DNA from: Candidatus Anoxychlamydiales bacterium | GTDB taxonomy: Bacteria; Chlamydiota; Chlamydiia; Chlamydiales; SM23-39 | Length of the DNA: 51,749 nt | NCBI GenBank assembly: GCA_011064875.1 | Contig: JAAKFV010000002.1 | Span: 1 to 51,749, forward strand | Direction of reading: 5' to 3' | In this document: positions 9,518 through 20,032 of the stretch, piece by piece | Layout: the number at the start of each line of letters is the position of its first letter | How positions within the stretch are numbered: the stretch's first letter is position 1 | Notes under the pieces: generated by a model | What the model was told of the DNA's origin: nothing | Seen by the model: only the letters and a program-made list of their open reading frames with translations | Databases searched by the model: none | Position numbers and translations under genes: made by a program

Positions 9518-10261
9518 CTATAATAAACTTCCCAATAAACATACGCCAGTAATAGCAATCAAAGGCAGGGCTATTGTCATACAATTGGATTTTAAAACAT
9601 TTGAAGAACCTTCTTCTTGTATTGCCTCTTTTTCAGCTCTCATTTCAAGAATGGCTTCGAGTGCCTTTTCCTCTTTTGCTTCTTTATGTTTTCGAATAGC
9701 TTTTTGAAGACTTTTAATAAACTTTTTTAGATCCTTCTCATCTGTCGGAATTTCATCAGGTATATCTTTAACTTTATTGAATTTTGCTTTTCCTAATAAT
9801 CTTTGAGCAATCTCTATATTCGGATCTTCCAGATCCTCTGTAACTTCTTCGGCTTTATTCATTATTTCAGTTTTTTTTGGATTTACATAATCATTTCTTA
9901 AATTTTCAAGATCTAAAATAAATTCATCTAACTTTGTTGGATTACTAATAAATTCATCAAGAGTTTTTACCGGAATTTCATCAGGTAGATATCTAATATT
10001 ACAAGATCTAGCTTGTGCTAATAAACGAGTAGCATAGCGCATACTTTCAGCAAATATTTTCTTTTGTTCAGATCTTTCATGCTCCTTATCTTTGAGATTT
10101 TGTATATCCGCAACAATATCATCTGGTTTTATTTTTACCGGATTAAAACTTCTACTATCTTCTGGTATCTTAACATATCTCCTATACTTAGTTTCAAAAC
10201 CTGTAACTCTTCTCTTAAAAACTGGACCACCTGAAGAGCTAGCATTAACTGTAGAGGCCAT
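9518..10261 (-). CDS. Hypothetical tail-anchored protein with an internal duplicated PDEIP motif
   Basis: 247 aa, charged and helical. The single hydrophobic segment is at the extreme C-terminus (CMTIALPLIAITGVCLLGSLL-stop). It carries two related segments (ATRLLAQARSCNIRYLPDEIPVKTLDEFI and AQRLLGKAKFNKVKDIPDEIPTDEKDLKKFI). I recognise no family. Confidence 0.6.
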   Translation of the reverse strand: MASTVNASSSGGPVFKRRVTGFETKYRRYVKIPEDSRSFNPVKIKPDDIVADIQNLKDKEHERSEQKKIFAESMRYATRLLAQARSCNIRYLPDEIPVKTLDEFISNPTKLDEFILDLENLRNDYVNPKKTEIMNKAEEVTEDLEDPNIEIAQRLLGKAKFNKVKDIPDEIPTDEKDLKKFIKSLQKAIRKHKEAKEEKALEAILEMRAEKEAIQEEGSSNVLKSNCMTIALPLIAITGVCLLGSLL

Positions 10262-10501
10262 AATTTTAATCTCCTTTTATTATATTTTAGTTTATTAAAT
10301 TGATAACAATTATATTTTACAAAATTATAACTATAATTTCAACATTTTTTTTATTTTAACTATTAATCGATAGATTTTTATTAAAAATAGATAAACTACT
10401 AATATCGAAAAACTTATGACAATAACCATAAATTAATTAGCTTACTGGTTAGTAGTTATTATTTTAAAAGACTTAAAACGAAAGACATAATCCTCTAAAA
10501 A

Positions 10502-13231
10502 TTAAGCTTCCTGTGGCCTTGGTCCATTATCTTTCGGCGAGGGCTTATCTTCCATAGGAGGAGGTGGAGGTGGTTTTTTTTGCAAATCATCTGCAATTTT
10601 TAATCTTTTACTTTTTTCCTCTTCATTGAAAGAGCCTTCCATGATCTCTTTAACATCATCAGAATAGAGTGTTTCAAACCTAATTAAGGATTTAGCCATA
10701 AGCTCAACTTTATCCTTATTTTCTTCAACAATTTTATGAGCTGCTTTATAAGCAACATCTAATAGTGATTTTACCTCTTTATCGATGAGTTTCGCTGTTT
10801 CATCTGAATATGATCTTTCTTGAGAGCTTTGATACGCTAAATATTTGTTGCCACTACCCTCATCATAAGCTACAGTACCAAGATCACTCATCCCCCACTC
10901 ACAAACCATAGCGCGAGCTAGTTTTGTAGCTTGAGATATATCTTGTTGAGCTCCTGATGTCATGTCTCCCAAAAATAGCTCTTCTGAAACTCTACCACCC
11001 ATGCATATAGCTAATTGATCTAGCACCTCTTTTTTCCAGTAGTTTAATCTATTTTTTTGTGGCATGAAATGAGTCGCACCTAGAGAAAAACCTCTTGGAA
11101 TGATCGTTACTTTCTCAACTGGGTCTGCGTTCTTAACAACGAGGCCTACTATAGCGTGGCCTGATTCATGATAAGCTGTTGTTTTTTTCTCCCTTTCATC
11201 CATCTCTAAGCTTCTTCTTTCTTTTCCAAATCTTACCTTATCACAAGCTTCCATAGCTTCTTGAGAAGTTACAGCTTTTCTAGCTTTTCTAGCGGCTAAA
11301 AGAGCTGCTTCATTTAAGATATTTTCTAAATCAGCGCCGGAAGAGCCTGGCGTTGATTTAGCAATATCCATAAGATTAACTGATGGGTCAATTTTTATTT
11401 TTCTCGCATGAACTTTTAATATTTCATATCTTCCTTTAACATCTGGAAGATCTAACATAACTCTTCTATCGAATCTACCCGGTCTAAGTAGAGCATTATC
11501 TAAAATATCAGGTCTATTTGTAGCTGCCATTAGAATAACGCCTTCTTTTGTATCAAAACCATCCATTTCAACAAGTAGTTGGTTTAGAGTTTGCTCTCTT
11601 TCATCATGGCCTCCACCGATACCAGAACCTCTATGTCTACCGACAGCATCGATCTCATCCATAAAAATAATACATGGAGAATTCTTTTTAGCTTGCTCAA
11701 ATAAGTCTCTTACCCTAGATGCTCCAACTCCAACGAACATTTCTACAAAATCAGAACCTGAGATTGAGTAGAATGGACGATCAGCTTCACCGGCTACCGC
11801 TTTAGCAACCAAAGTTTTTCCAGTGCCGGGAGGGCCAACTAATAGAACTCCTTTTGGAATTCTAGCTCCAAGCGTTGTAAATTTTTGTGGATCTTTTAAA
11901 AAGTCAACAATTTCTTCTAACTCTTCTTTAGCTTCCTCTGCTCCTGCAACATCATTAAAAGTTACTTTATTAGTCTCTTTAGTTAAAAGTCTAGCTGGCG
12001 ACTTTCCGAAATTCATAGCAGAAGAACCCGCTCCTTTCATCTGACGAGAGAATAGATAATATAAGAGTAGAACTACAATAATTATTGGTAAAAAAGTAAA
12101 GATGTAATTGAAATAGTTAGGCGTCGGTTCTTGAGATGTGAATTGTTTTTCTAATACCAAGTTTCTTGGTTGCTCAGCAGCTTTTATAGCAAGACCTTGA
12201 TTTTCAGAAAAGGCTGCCCACTCTTTTTTAGAGCCTTGAAACCAATGAGAAAAGGTATCTGCATCTTGTTTTTCTAAAGCTTTTGTCGAAATCTCTTTAT
12301 CATTGAAAAACCAAAAATCTGTAGCTACTTTTTCTCTTGCATTAGTAAGCATTGCTGAGTTTTTCTCAACTTGTTTTTGGAGTCCATCATATCTTTGAAG
12401 CGTTTCTAAATATGCTCTAACAGATCTGAGCTGCAAAAGCCTAGTACCATCCTGATTTTGAATAATTCCAGAAACTACCGCACTTAACTCTGTCAAAGTA
12501 GTATTAAAAATATTGATTCTTTGATTAAGGGGCGTTGTTGAGTCTATAGCAGCTAGTTCAGAAGAGACTTTTTTTAAGCTTTGTTTAATAGACTCTGATC
12601 CTATTCCAACTCCAGGAGATCTATATATATCTGTTATAGATGTAAGATCTTTTTGCATTTGAGATGTATTTTCTATAGAAGGATTGTGTTTAATCCAAAC
12701 AAATTGTTCTTTTAAAGTTTTTAGATTAGGGCTATTTTTTTGAGATAGGCTATTTATAATAATAGAGTTTTGTTGATTTTCTGTGTCATAAGCTGAGCTA
12801 ATTACATTAAAACTTGCTTCTGATAAATCTATTCCAGAAGTATATAAAAAAACTTCAGCCGCTTTTATAACATTTTTCTTTTGAGCTTTTAGCTCGTCTG
12901 AGGTCTCATCTTCTTGAGTAGTGAACTCATGTTTTTGATTTAAAAGAGTTAAATAATTAAATCTATTTTCACCATCTTGAGTAGTAGCTTCTCTAAATTT
13001 AGATGAAAAAGTTACCAAATTATCATTTTGAGCAATCTTTTTATTACTATCTGGCTTTAGAAGATCTAAATTCACCAAATGCTCTAACTGATGCGAAAAA
13101 GATACCTTACCAAGCTTATCACCTGTTAAAGTTTGCACAGTTAAAATTATTAATATTACTGCTACAACAAGTAGTAAAAAGCCTCCAGGAAATCCTTTTC
13201 TTGGCTCTTTTTGATTTTTATTATCATTCAT
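10502..13231 (-). CDS. ftsH: ATP-dependent zinc metalloprotease FtsH, long chlamydial form
   Basis: 909 aa. Walker A GPPGTGKT, Walker [33 protein letters not shown], zinc motif HESGHA. There is a segment of about 340 aa between the two TM helices. The C-terminus has a PPPPPP run. Confidence 0.97.
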   Translation of the reverse strand: MNDNKNQKEPRKGFPGGFLLLVVAVILIILTVQTLTGDKLGKVSFSHQLEHLVNLDLLKPDSNKKIAQNDNLVTFSSKFREATTQDGENRFNYLTLLNQKHEFTTQEDETSDELKAQKKNVIKAAEVFLYTSGIDLSEASFNVISSAYDTENQQNSIIINSLSQKNSPNLKTLKEQFVWIKHNPSIENTSQMQKDLTSITDIYRSPGVGIGSESIKQSLKKVSSELAAIDSTTPLNQRINIFNTTLTELSAVVSGIIQNQDGTRLLQLRSVRAYLETLQRYDGLQKQVEKNSAMLTNAREKVATDFWFFNDKEISTKALEKQDADTFSHWFQGSKKEWAAFSENQGLAIKAAEQPRNLVLEKQFTSQEPTPNYFNYIFTFLPIIIVVLLLYYLFSRQMKGAGSSAMNFGKSPARLLTKETNKVTFNDVAGAEEAKEELEEIVDFLKDPQKFTTLGARIPKGVLLVGPPGTGKTLVAKAVAGEADRPFYSISGSDFVEMFVGVGASRVRDLFEQAKKNSPCIIFMDEIDAVGRHRGSGIGGGHDEREQTLNQLLVEMDGFDTKEGVILMAATNRPDILDNALLRPGRFDRRVMLDLPDVKGRYEILKVHARKIKIDPSVNLMDIAKSTPGSSGADLENILNEAALLAARKARKAVTSQEAMEACDKVRFGKERRSLEMDEREKKTTAYHESGHAIVGLVVKNADPVEKVTIIPRGFSLGATHFMPQKNRLNYWKKEVLDQLAICMGGRVSEELFLGDMTSGAQQDISQATKLARAMVCEWGMSDLGTVAYDEGSGNKYLAYQSSQERSYSDETAKLIDKEVKSLLDVAYKAAHKIVEENKDKVELMAKSLIRFETLYSDDVKEIMEGSFNEEEKSKRLKIADDLQKKPPPPPPMEDKPSPKDNGPRPQEA

Positions 13232-13390
13232 AAATAACTCTTATAATTTTATATTAAATTTCAATGCCCTAGAGTTAAAATTAAATCACTTTTAGGCTAT
13301 TTTGTAAAGATCTATAGCCCAAGACTAGTCCAATATTAACTCTTTCTCTAATTTCATTTGTATAACAAACTTATTATATTTTTTGAAAGT

Positions 13391-14701
13391 TTATTTTAAT
13401 TTAATTACGATTTTGAAAATATTTTTATGTTTTAATTTAAAATTTTTACCCGATAAAAAATCGTAAGTCTCTTTATTTTCACTACATACAATAGGAACTT
13501 GTCTTCTTAAAAAGGCGGGTACTTTATTATTTTCCCATAGTTTTTTAAGGTATTTACTTGGACTCGGATAGTTCATATAATACTTATTTTCAGGAAGATA
13601 AATACTTAAAGAGCTTGAGAAAAGATTTTGCCAGTTAGATAAAGAAAACTTCATATCACCATCATTTTTAATTTTTGTAACTCTCACTTGCCAAATACCA
13701 AAATCAAAACTCCCCTGTTTAACTAAAATCTTTCTTTTCAAGGTTTTAAAATCATTTTTCAGAATAAATAGATAGCCTCGATCTACAAAGATATCTCCAT
13801 TTTTGAGATTTAATCTTAGATTTGGTTTTTTTTCTAAAAGCCATAGAACTAGTTTTTGTAAAATGTTTCTTGAAAGATCAATATCTTTTAGTTTCGCTAT
13901 CTTTTTTATAATAAATTTAAGCTCCAAGCTTTGATCACACTCATTTAAATCTATATATAGCCCAAATGGGCTAATTTTCATTTTTTCAAAAATTTTAGAT
14001 GTTTTTGTTTCTAAATAACTATTTAACTCCAAACTATAGCTAGAGATTTGAGCTAAATTATCTAAAATTTGTTTATTAAAGTTTTTTTGTAAAAATGGAA
14101 AGATATCCTTTCTCATTTTAGCTCGTAGAAATTTAGTATTTTCATTTGTACTATCTATATAGTAGCTAATATTATTTTGATTTAGATAAGCTAAAATATC
14201 TTTTTTCGATTCATCTAATAGTGGTCTAAAAATGGTAAAATTATCAAATTTTGATACTTTTTGCATGGAAGTTAAAGAAAAGATATTAGCGCCCTCTAAA
14301 AATCTTTTTAAAACAGTTTCTGCTAAATCATCTTTTTGATGGGCTGTGATCAGAGCTTGAAATTTATATTCTTTAAAAAGTGTTTTAAAAAACAATAATC
14401 TTTGATTTCTACTTTCATTCTCTAAATTTTTTTTAAAATCTAACTCTAACCTCTTTAGATGAAAAGTAACATTTAAGCTTTTCATCTTTTTTTGAATCTC
14501 TAAAGCCTGAAAAAAACTCTCCTCTCTCCAGCCATGATCTACATGCGCTACATGCAGATCAATCTTATACTCATCTCTATATTTCAATAAAAGATCCAAA
14601 AGACATGTTGAGTCCACTCCTCCTGAATAAGCGAGTAGAATTGGCTTTTTAAAATCTAAATTTTCACTCAAAAATTTTTTGATTTTTTTTAAAAGATCCA
14701 T
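13391..14701 (-). CDS. tilS: tRNA(Ile)-lysidine synthase TilS
   Basis: 436 aa. PP-loop motif SGGVDS near the N-terminus. Adjacent to ftsH, as in Chlamydia (mesJ). Confidence 0.9.
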   Translation of the reverse strand: MDLLKKIKKFLSENLDFKKPILLAYSGGVDSTCLLDLLLKYRDEYKIDLHVAHVDHGWREESFFQALEIQKKMKSLNVTFHLKRLELDFKKNLENESRNQRLLFFKTLFKEYKFQALITAHQKDDLAETVLKRFLEGANIFSLTSMQKVSKFDNFTIFRPLLDESKKDILAYLNQNNISYYIDSTNENTKFLRAKMRKDIFPFLQKNFNKQILDNLAQISSYSLELNSYLETKTSKIFEKMKISPFGLYIDLNECDQSLELKFIIKKIAKLKDIDLSRNILQKLVLWLLEKKPNLRLNLKNGDIFVDRGYLFILKNDFKTLKRKILVKQGSFDFGIWQVRVTKIKNDGDMKFSLSNWQNLFSSSLSIYLPENKYYMNYPSPSKYLKKLWENNKVPAFLRRQVPIVCSENKETYDFLSGKNFKLKHKNIFKIVIKLK

Positions 14702-14773
14702 AAATATACTAATTAAAATTAAAATCTTATAAACTTGAGAATTATTATAAAGAAAATAAGGAAAAAATGCTAG

Positions 14774-15865
14774 ATGCCTATTTTATGGAGATACCTCTTT
14801 AAAGAGTATTTGAAAGTATTTTTTTTATGTATTTTATCATTTATATCCATTCTTTTGATTACAAGACTAAAGCAAATTGCTACTTTTGCAACACTCGCTA
14901 GTGATTTTTTATCTTTGATCTTATTTGTTTTATATCAAATCCCCCATATCCTTCCTATCGCTATCTCAATATCATGTTTGATCTCATCTATATTATTATT
15001 TCAAAAAATGTCTACGATGCATGAAATAACAGCATTTAGAGCAGCTGGAGTGTCTCTAAAAGAACTTTTAGCTCCCCTATTACTCCTTGCAATGGTTTTA
15101 TCATTATTTAACTTTTATATAGCTTCAGAGCTTACCCCTATATGTAGATATAAATCCAAAGAGCTTTTTTATAAAAATACCTCTGTAAATCCCATTGTTC
15201 TACTACAAAGAAGACAAAAAATGTCTAATATTAAAGATTCATATGTTGAGATCACGTCTAAAAATAACGATCTTCAAGCTCAAGACCTTTTAATAATATC
15301 TCCGAATAAATCAAATGAAAGACTCTGTATGATGAGTGTAAAAAAGCTAGAGTTAGAAAAAGATACTTTAATCGGAAAAAACGTCTCATTAATCTCTTAT
15401 ATAAACTCAAATAAAGAAATGAACTACGATAACTTGATTATAGAAAATCAAGAAAATATGACAACAAAAGCAGATGCTTTAACACAATTTATAAAGGCAA
15501 AACAGTGGGATATGAATATCTCTTCTATGCCGATAAAAATGCTACTCATTCAATCAAAACAAAAAAACGATATACAAAAATGCGAGAGAGCAAATATTGA
15601 AATAGCTAGAAGATGCTGCTTTGCTCTTTCTACTTTTAGTTTTACTTTTATTGGAGCTAGTTTTGCTATCTCAATTAGTAGAGTATCTTCAAAAAAAAAT
15701 ATCATTTTAGCATCTATTTTAACTCTTATAGTATTATTTAGTTTTACACTTGGTAAAGCCCTGAAACACTACCCGCTTTTCTCTATTTTAGTCTATATCT
15801 TGCCACAAGTAATTGTAGTTATTTTAACTAGCTTCAAACTTAGAAAAACATCTAAAGGAGCTTAA
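14774..15865 (+). CDS. lptF: LPS export ABC permease, LptF/YjgP family
   Basis: 363 aa. Membrane protein with a 3+3 TM layout around a large soluble loop. Abuts a paralogous gene with no intergenic gap (stop 15865, next ATG 15866). Confidence 0.75.
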   Translation: MPILWRYLFKEYLKVFFLCILSFISILLITRLKQIATFATLASDFLSLILFVLYQIPHILPIAISISCLISSILLFQKMSTMHEITAFRAAGVSLKELLAPLLLLAMVLSLFNFYIASELTPICRYKSKELFYKNTSVNPIVLLQRRQKMSNIKDSYVEITSKNNDLQAQDLLIISPNKSNERLCMMSVKKLELEKDTLIGKNVSLISYINSNKEMNYDNLIIENQENMTTKADALTQFIKAKQWDMNISSMPIKMLLIQSKQKNDIQKCERANIEIARRCCFALSTFSFTFIGASFAISISRVSSKKNIILASILTLIVLFSFTLGKALKHYPLFSILVYILPQVIVVILTSFKLRKTSKGA

Positions 15866-16930
15866 ATGATTCTATCAAAGATTTGGGAGAGAAAACTCTT
15901 TTTCAATACTCTAAAGTTAATTTTGTTTTTTCTTGTTGCTATTTTTATGATTGTAATAGTTATTGATTTTTCTATTCATGGCGCTAAAATATTTGCTCAC
16001 TCTAAAACTTCAATTTCCTTAATCCTAAAATACTATTTCAATCTTTTTTTTATTCAGCTAAATCTATTTTTAGCTCTAACTTTTCTTTTAGCTATTATAA
16101 AAGTTTTATCTGATATGAATATTCATCATGAGCTTACAGCACTTAGAATGGCAGCTATTTCTGCAAAAAAATTATCTCGTCCATTTTTTATCATCGCTAT
16201 TTTAATATCTATTATCTCATTTATAAACTTTCAATATTTCTATCCAAAATCACTTAGTTTTAAAGATAGTTTCAAAGAAAAATATTTAAAAAAAACAAAC
16301 TATGCAAAAAAAATGCAACCAAGCGTTATTTACCTAGAAGATGGAGCAAAACTTGTCTATCAAAAATACGATCAACTTCAAAATAAACTCTTCGATGCTT
16401 ATTTTATAAAAAATTCTTCTGATATTTGGCATGCAAAATATCTAACTTTTAATGAAAAAGAAGCGGTAGGTAAATATGTAGATCACTTAACTAGAAAAGA
16501 TAAAAATTTTGAAAAAATAGAATCTTATGAAAGCTACTCTTTTAAAGACATAGAGATAGATGAAAATATTAATATGTTCGAGCCTTTTGAAAATAGATCC
16601 ATCACCAATCTATTCAAACAAAACTTATCGAAAAACATCTGTCTAAAAGAGAAAAATGAGATTTTATCTTATCTAAATTATAAACTTGCAATGCCTTTTG
16701 TTTCTTTGATAATTGTTTTAGCTATTTTTCCTCCTCTCATTGCTTTTTCAAAAAACATCTCAATATTTTTTATTTGTACTTTTGCATTATTTGGATTTAT
16801 TATCTTTCATACTATTATGGATTCTGCCTTAATTTTAGCAGAAAACGCAGCTAGAGCCCCATACATTATACTTTGGCTACCAATTATTATAATCTCATTT
16901 ATTTTTGGAAGAAGATTTAAAAAAATTTAA
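15866..16930 (+). CDS. lptG: LPS export ABC permease, LptG/YjgQ family
   Basis: 354 aa with the same topology as the preceding gene. This is the typical lptFG pair. Confidence 0.75.
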   Translation: MILSKIWERKLFFNTLKLILFFLVAIFMIVIVIDFSIHGAKIFAHSKTSISLILKYYFNLFFIQLNLFLALTFLLAIIKVLSDMNIHHELTALRMAAISAKKLSRPFFIIAILISIISFINFQYFYPKSLSFKDSFKEKYLKKTNYAKKMQPSVIYLEDGAKLVYQKYDQLQNKLFDAYFIKNSSDIWHAKYLTFNEKEAVGKYVDHLTRKDKNFEKIESYESYSFKDIEIDENINMFEPFENRSITNLFKQNLSKNICLKEKNEILSYLNYKLAMPFVSLIIVLAIFPPLIAFSKNISIFFICTFALFGFIIFHTIMDSALILAENAARAPYIILWLPIIIISFIFGRRFKKI

Positions 16931-16950
16931 ATAAAGAGTTTAAGTTAAAT

Positions 16951-16985
16951 AAAATAGCCTTGGTAAGACCCAAGGCTATTTTATT
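16951..16985. terminator. Bidirectional hairpin terminator between lptG and the RIC gene
   Basis: Stem aaaatagccttgg / ccaaggctatttt with loop taagac. The A/T runs are built into the stem ends. Confidence 0.6.
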
Positions 16986-17019
16986 TAATTGAAAATCACT
17001 TTTTTTGTAAGATCAAAGA

Positions 17020-17742
17020 TTATTTACAAGAACAGTTTGGACAGCCCTCTTTTTCAATAGCCTTCGGAAACAAAACATAATTCTCTTTATGAATATGTCT
17101 GTGTAGATCCTCTTCTAAACCTTTTAATTTATTATGTAAAAGATCTAGCGTCATACATTGTTTGAAATCATCTTTATCAATGATTTGATTAATCTTTTTT
17201 AAAAGATTACCAACAGCTGTGTGTTCCATCTCCATTTGATTTATAGGATTAGCAACACTAGCTAATGGATTTGCAGATTTATCAAAGCAAGCAATGCTTT
17301 TTATCTCACCAAATTCTTCTAACTCTCTTACAGCTGGAAATAATATCTGTTCTTCTTTTTCTAGGTGAGCTGTAATATCTTCTACAAGTGTTTGAAATAT
17401 CTCATTTAGATTTTTTAAATCCTCTGTTTTGTGTCTATTTACAGCCTTATCTAAAAGAGCTAAAATATCTGGAATCTCTTTTTTCATAAAAACATGATGA
17501 GTAGACTCTATATGATCTACTAGCTCAGTTAAAGATAGATTATCTACATCAACAATAGCTTCATCTTTTTTTAAATCATTAATTTCTGTAATAATTTTTT
17601 CCATATCTAGAGATTTTTCATCGCACGCATCTTTTAGAGTTTTATTGCCACCGCAGCAATAATCTAGTTTATATTTTTCTAAAATTTTGTAACTTGCTGG
17701 ATTTGCTGTTACAATACTTTTTAAAGTCATATCTTTATTCAT
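17020..17742 (-). CDS. ytfE: Iron-sulfur cluster repair di-iron protein (RIC; ScdA/YtfE family)
   Basis: 240 aa. ScdA_N-type LDYCCGG motif, followed by a hemerythrin-like region with His/Glu ligands (STHHVFMKKE, EMEHTAV, HIHKEN). There is an extra C-terminal CPNCSCK. Confidence 0.85.
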   Translation of the reverse strand: MNKDMTLKSIVTANPASYKILEKYKLDYCCGGNKTLKDACDEKSLDMEKIITEINDLKKDEAIVDVDNLSLTELVDHIESTHHVFMKKEIPDILALLDKAVNRHKTEDLKNLNEIFQTLVEDITAHLEKEEQILFPAVRELEEFGEIKSIACFDKSANPLASVANPINQMEMEHTAVGNLLKKINQIIDKDDFKQCMTLDLLHNKLKGLEEDLHRHIHKENYVLFPKAIEKEGCPNCSCK

Positions 17743-17966
17743 TTAAATTACCTTTTTTGATTACTTATGATGTTAATATCATATTTTCTAAATAATTTTA
17801 TGTCAAAATATTTAATAATTCCGAAATAGTTACAAAACTGAAAACAATCCTTTTATTTAATTATTTTCATTACATTATAATTATTTTAATATTGCAATAT
17901 ATTCACTTAACACAAATAATATTTCTAGTTATGGGATCATTTTATATAACTTCAGGAGTAATAAAA

Positions 17967-18848
17967 ATGTTTAAAAAACTTAAAATTTCATTAATTATTT
18001 TATTAACTTTTATAACAACCTCATCTTTTGCATGGTGGGATTCTACCCATATGACTGTAGCCAAAATAGCTGAAGAAAATTTATCTGAAAAAGCTAAAAC
18101 CCGATCTTATGAACTTATACATCTTTTAAAAGATTATTATCCTGAAAGCCCTGATTTTATAACAGCCGCTACTTGGGCAGACGATGTACCTTCCACTGGA
18201 TTTACTGGGTGGGCATGGCATGGAAAATCTATTCCTTTCGATCCCGATAACATTTTATCTACATATAAAAAAAACCTCATAGTAGCTTCTTTAAAAAACA
18301 ACGCTGTATATGGAATAAACCAAGCAATTTTAACACTCAAAAATCCAGAAGCTCATGAATATACAAAAGGTATAATGCTTAGGTTCTTACTACATATAGT
18401 TGGAGATATTCATATGCCACTTCACTGCACAAGTTTATATTCAAAAGATTTTCCATCGGGAGATTATGGAGGAGGAATGTTTAAACTTAATATCGATTTA
18501 AATGGAAAAAACAGCCTTCACGCACTTTGGGACTCTTGCTTGACAAGAGATGGGATAAGATTAGAAAGACCGCTTAGCAATGCTGGAATAGCTTATATAG
18601 AGGATTTTAAAAATGAAATCACTGCTTTATATCCAAAAGATTCAATAGATGAATTAGATATCACAGATTTTGATGCCTGGGTCTATGAAAGCCATAAAAT
18701 TGGCTCAGAAAATGCTTACTATGGAATTAAAATAAATGATACACCCTCTGATGAATACATACAAAAAAACAGAAAAATCGCATATAGACAAATTGCAAAA
18801 GCTGGATATAGATTAGCTGATATTTTAAATGAAGTTTTTGAAGATTAA
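17967..18848 (+). CDS. Secreted S1/P1-family zinc nuclease
   Basis: Motifs WWDSTHMTVAKIAE, ATWADDV, HIVGDIHMPLH and LHALWDS match the S1/P1 nuclease zinc ligand pattern. I moved the start to the ATG at 17967, which has an AGGAG RBS at 17954-17958. That start gives a classical signal peptide, MFKKLKISLIILLTFITTSSFA. The ORF track begins at a TTG at 17892. Confidence 0.85.
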   Translation: MFKKLKISLIILLTFITTSSFAWWDSTHMTVAKIAEENLSEKAKTRSYELIHLLKDYYPESPDFITAATWADDVPSTGFTGWAWHGKSIPFDPDNILSTYKKNLIVASLKNNAVYGINQAILTLKNPEAHEYTKGIMLRFLLHIVGDIHMPLHCTSLYSKDFPSGDYGGGMFKLNIDLNGKNSLHALWDSCLTRDGIRLERPLSNAGIAYIEDFKNEITALYPKDSIDELDITDFDAWVYESHKIGSENAYYGIKINDTPSDEYIQKNRKIAYRQIAKAGYRLADILNEVFED

Positions 18849-18955
18849 AAAATAAAATTTACATTTATATTCTATTTAGCAAAAATTATCATAGCTAAGA
18901 GAGCAAAAAAGACAGAAAAAAAGCTCAATAAACAAAAAAATATTAAGTGATATTT

Positions 18956-19465
18956 TTAACTTTTAGATTCTTCAGAGAAACTTTTTCTTTTTTGTCTGAT
19001 ATTTTTTCTTGTTTCAGCATCTAAAAATCTTCTTTTCTCTTCTAAAGTGAATGGGATCACTAAAGGAACAGTTTTTTCTGATTCATCAGATTCATCAGCC
19101 TTAAAGATAAAGTAAGCTGATAAGATATGCTTTTGCTCTAGAGTTCTAAAATCTTCAGCTATAACCTTTACTCCCGCCTCTAACATATCATCCCAGACAT
19201 GATTTACTTGAGATTTACAGATCAAAATATCCCCTTTTTTAATAGGAGAAAAATATCTAATAAAATCAACGCCTATAGTAAAACAGAGAATCTCAGCATG
19301 CTCAGTTGCTACCTTTCTAGCTACGTCATTTACTAAATTCAGAATCCTACCTCCAAAAAACACCTCTCCAAGAGACATGTTTTCATCAAATATCTCTAGT
19401 TTTTTGTTATCTATAGCTGTCTCGGATGTAGGCTTTCCTTGCCAATCTTTATGGATAATGAACAA
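18956..19465 (-). CDS. Acyl-CoA thioesterase (hotdog fold)
   Basis: 169 aa. GEVFFGGRILNLVNDVARKVATEHA resembles the acyl-CoA hydrolase motif (G.vfGG.lm.lmD.aa..aA..h). The start codon is a TTG, so the N-terminus is uncertain. Confidence 0.65.
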   Translation of the reverse strand: MFIIHKDWQGKPTSETAIDNKKLEIFDENMSLGEVFFGGRILNLVNDVARKVATEHAEILCFTIGVDFIRYFSPIKKGDILICKSQVNHVWDDMLEAGVKVIAEDFRTLEQKHILSAYFIFKADESDESEKTVPLVIPFTLEEKRRFLDAETRKNIRQKRKSFSEESKS

Positions 19466-19555
19466 AATAATTTCTCTCTATTAATTTTATTAATAAGAAT
19501 AATACATAATTTGGGTCAACTAAAAACTCTGATATTTTAAAAAAAAGGCTTTAAA

Positions 19556-19594
19556 ATAAAAAAAAGGCCCTTGGGAAGAACTCCCAAAGACCTT
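19556..19594 (-). terminator. Probable terminator of the rplM-rpsI operon
   Basis: On the minus strand an imperfect hairpin (core ttggga / tcccaa plus flanking GC pairs) is followed by a T-run of at least 8. It lies about 25 nt after the rpsI stop. Confidence 0.45.
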
Positions 19595-19620
19595 TAGATA
19601 AACAAGGAGGAAGAAAATTT

Positions 19621-20025
19621 TTATCGTTTAGAAAACTGAAAACTCTTTCTAGCGCCAGCGAGTCCATATTTCTTGCGCTCTTTTTTACGAGGATCTCTTG
19701 TCAAATATCCAAGTTCCTTTAATGATCCTCTATAGTCTTCATTTTCTAAAACTAAAGCTCTTGCTATTCCAAGCCTTGTAGCTATCGCTTGGGCTTGGGT
19801 GCCACCACCTTTTGCTCGAACTATTAAATCATATTTACCTATAAGTTCGAATTTTGTTAATGGCGATAATATTGTATCTCTTTGAAAGGCTAAAGGAAAA
19901 TACTCTTCGAATTTCTTTCCATTTACATCGATGTTACCTTTGCCTTTTCTAACTCTAACAGATGCTACAGCTGTTTTACGTCTGCCAACTCCAATAAACT
20001 CTTTAATCGTTTTTTTCTTTACCAT
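19621..20025 (-). CDS. rpsI: 30S ribosomal protein S9
   Basis: 134 aa. [19 protein letters not shown] and a C-terminal KSFQFSKR are typical of S9. Confidence 0.97.
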   Translation of the reverse strand: MVKKKTIKEFIGVGRRKTAVASVRVRKGKGNIDVNGKKFEEYFPLAFQRDTILSPLTKFELIGKYDLIVRAKGGGTQAQAIATRLGIARALVLENEDYRGSLKELGYLTRDPRKKERKKYGLAGARKSFQFSKR

Positions 20026-20032
20026 TTGTCCT

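Noticed and set aside
10092-13233. Plus-strand ORFs 10092-10298, 11823-12044 and 13003-13233
   Set aside because: They are antisense to the tail-anchored ORF and to ftsH. They have no independent support.
17892-17966. TTG- or GTG-extended N-termini in the ORF track (17892, 44774, 46225, 51166)
   Set aside because: In each case an internal ATG gives a more plausible start, either through a better RBS (17967, 51259), a classical signal peptide (17967), or simply by being the first in-frame ATG (44741, 46171). The upstream extensions are low-complexity. The GTG start of U-box paralog B (24378) was kept because the domain would otherwise be truncated.
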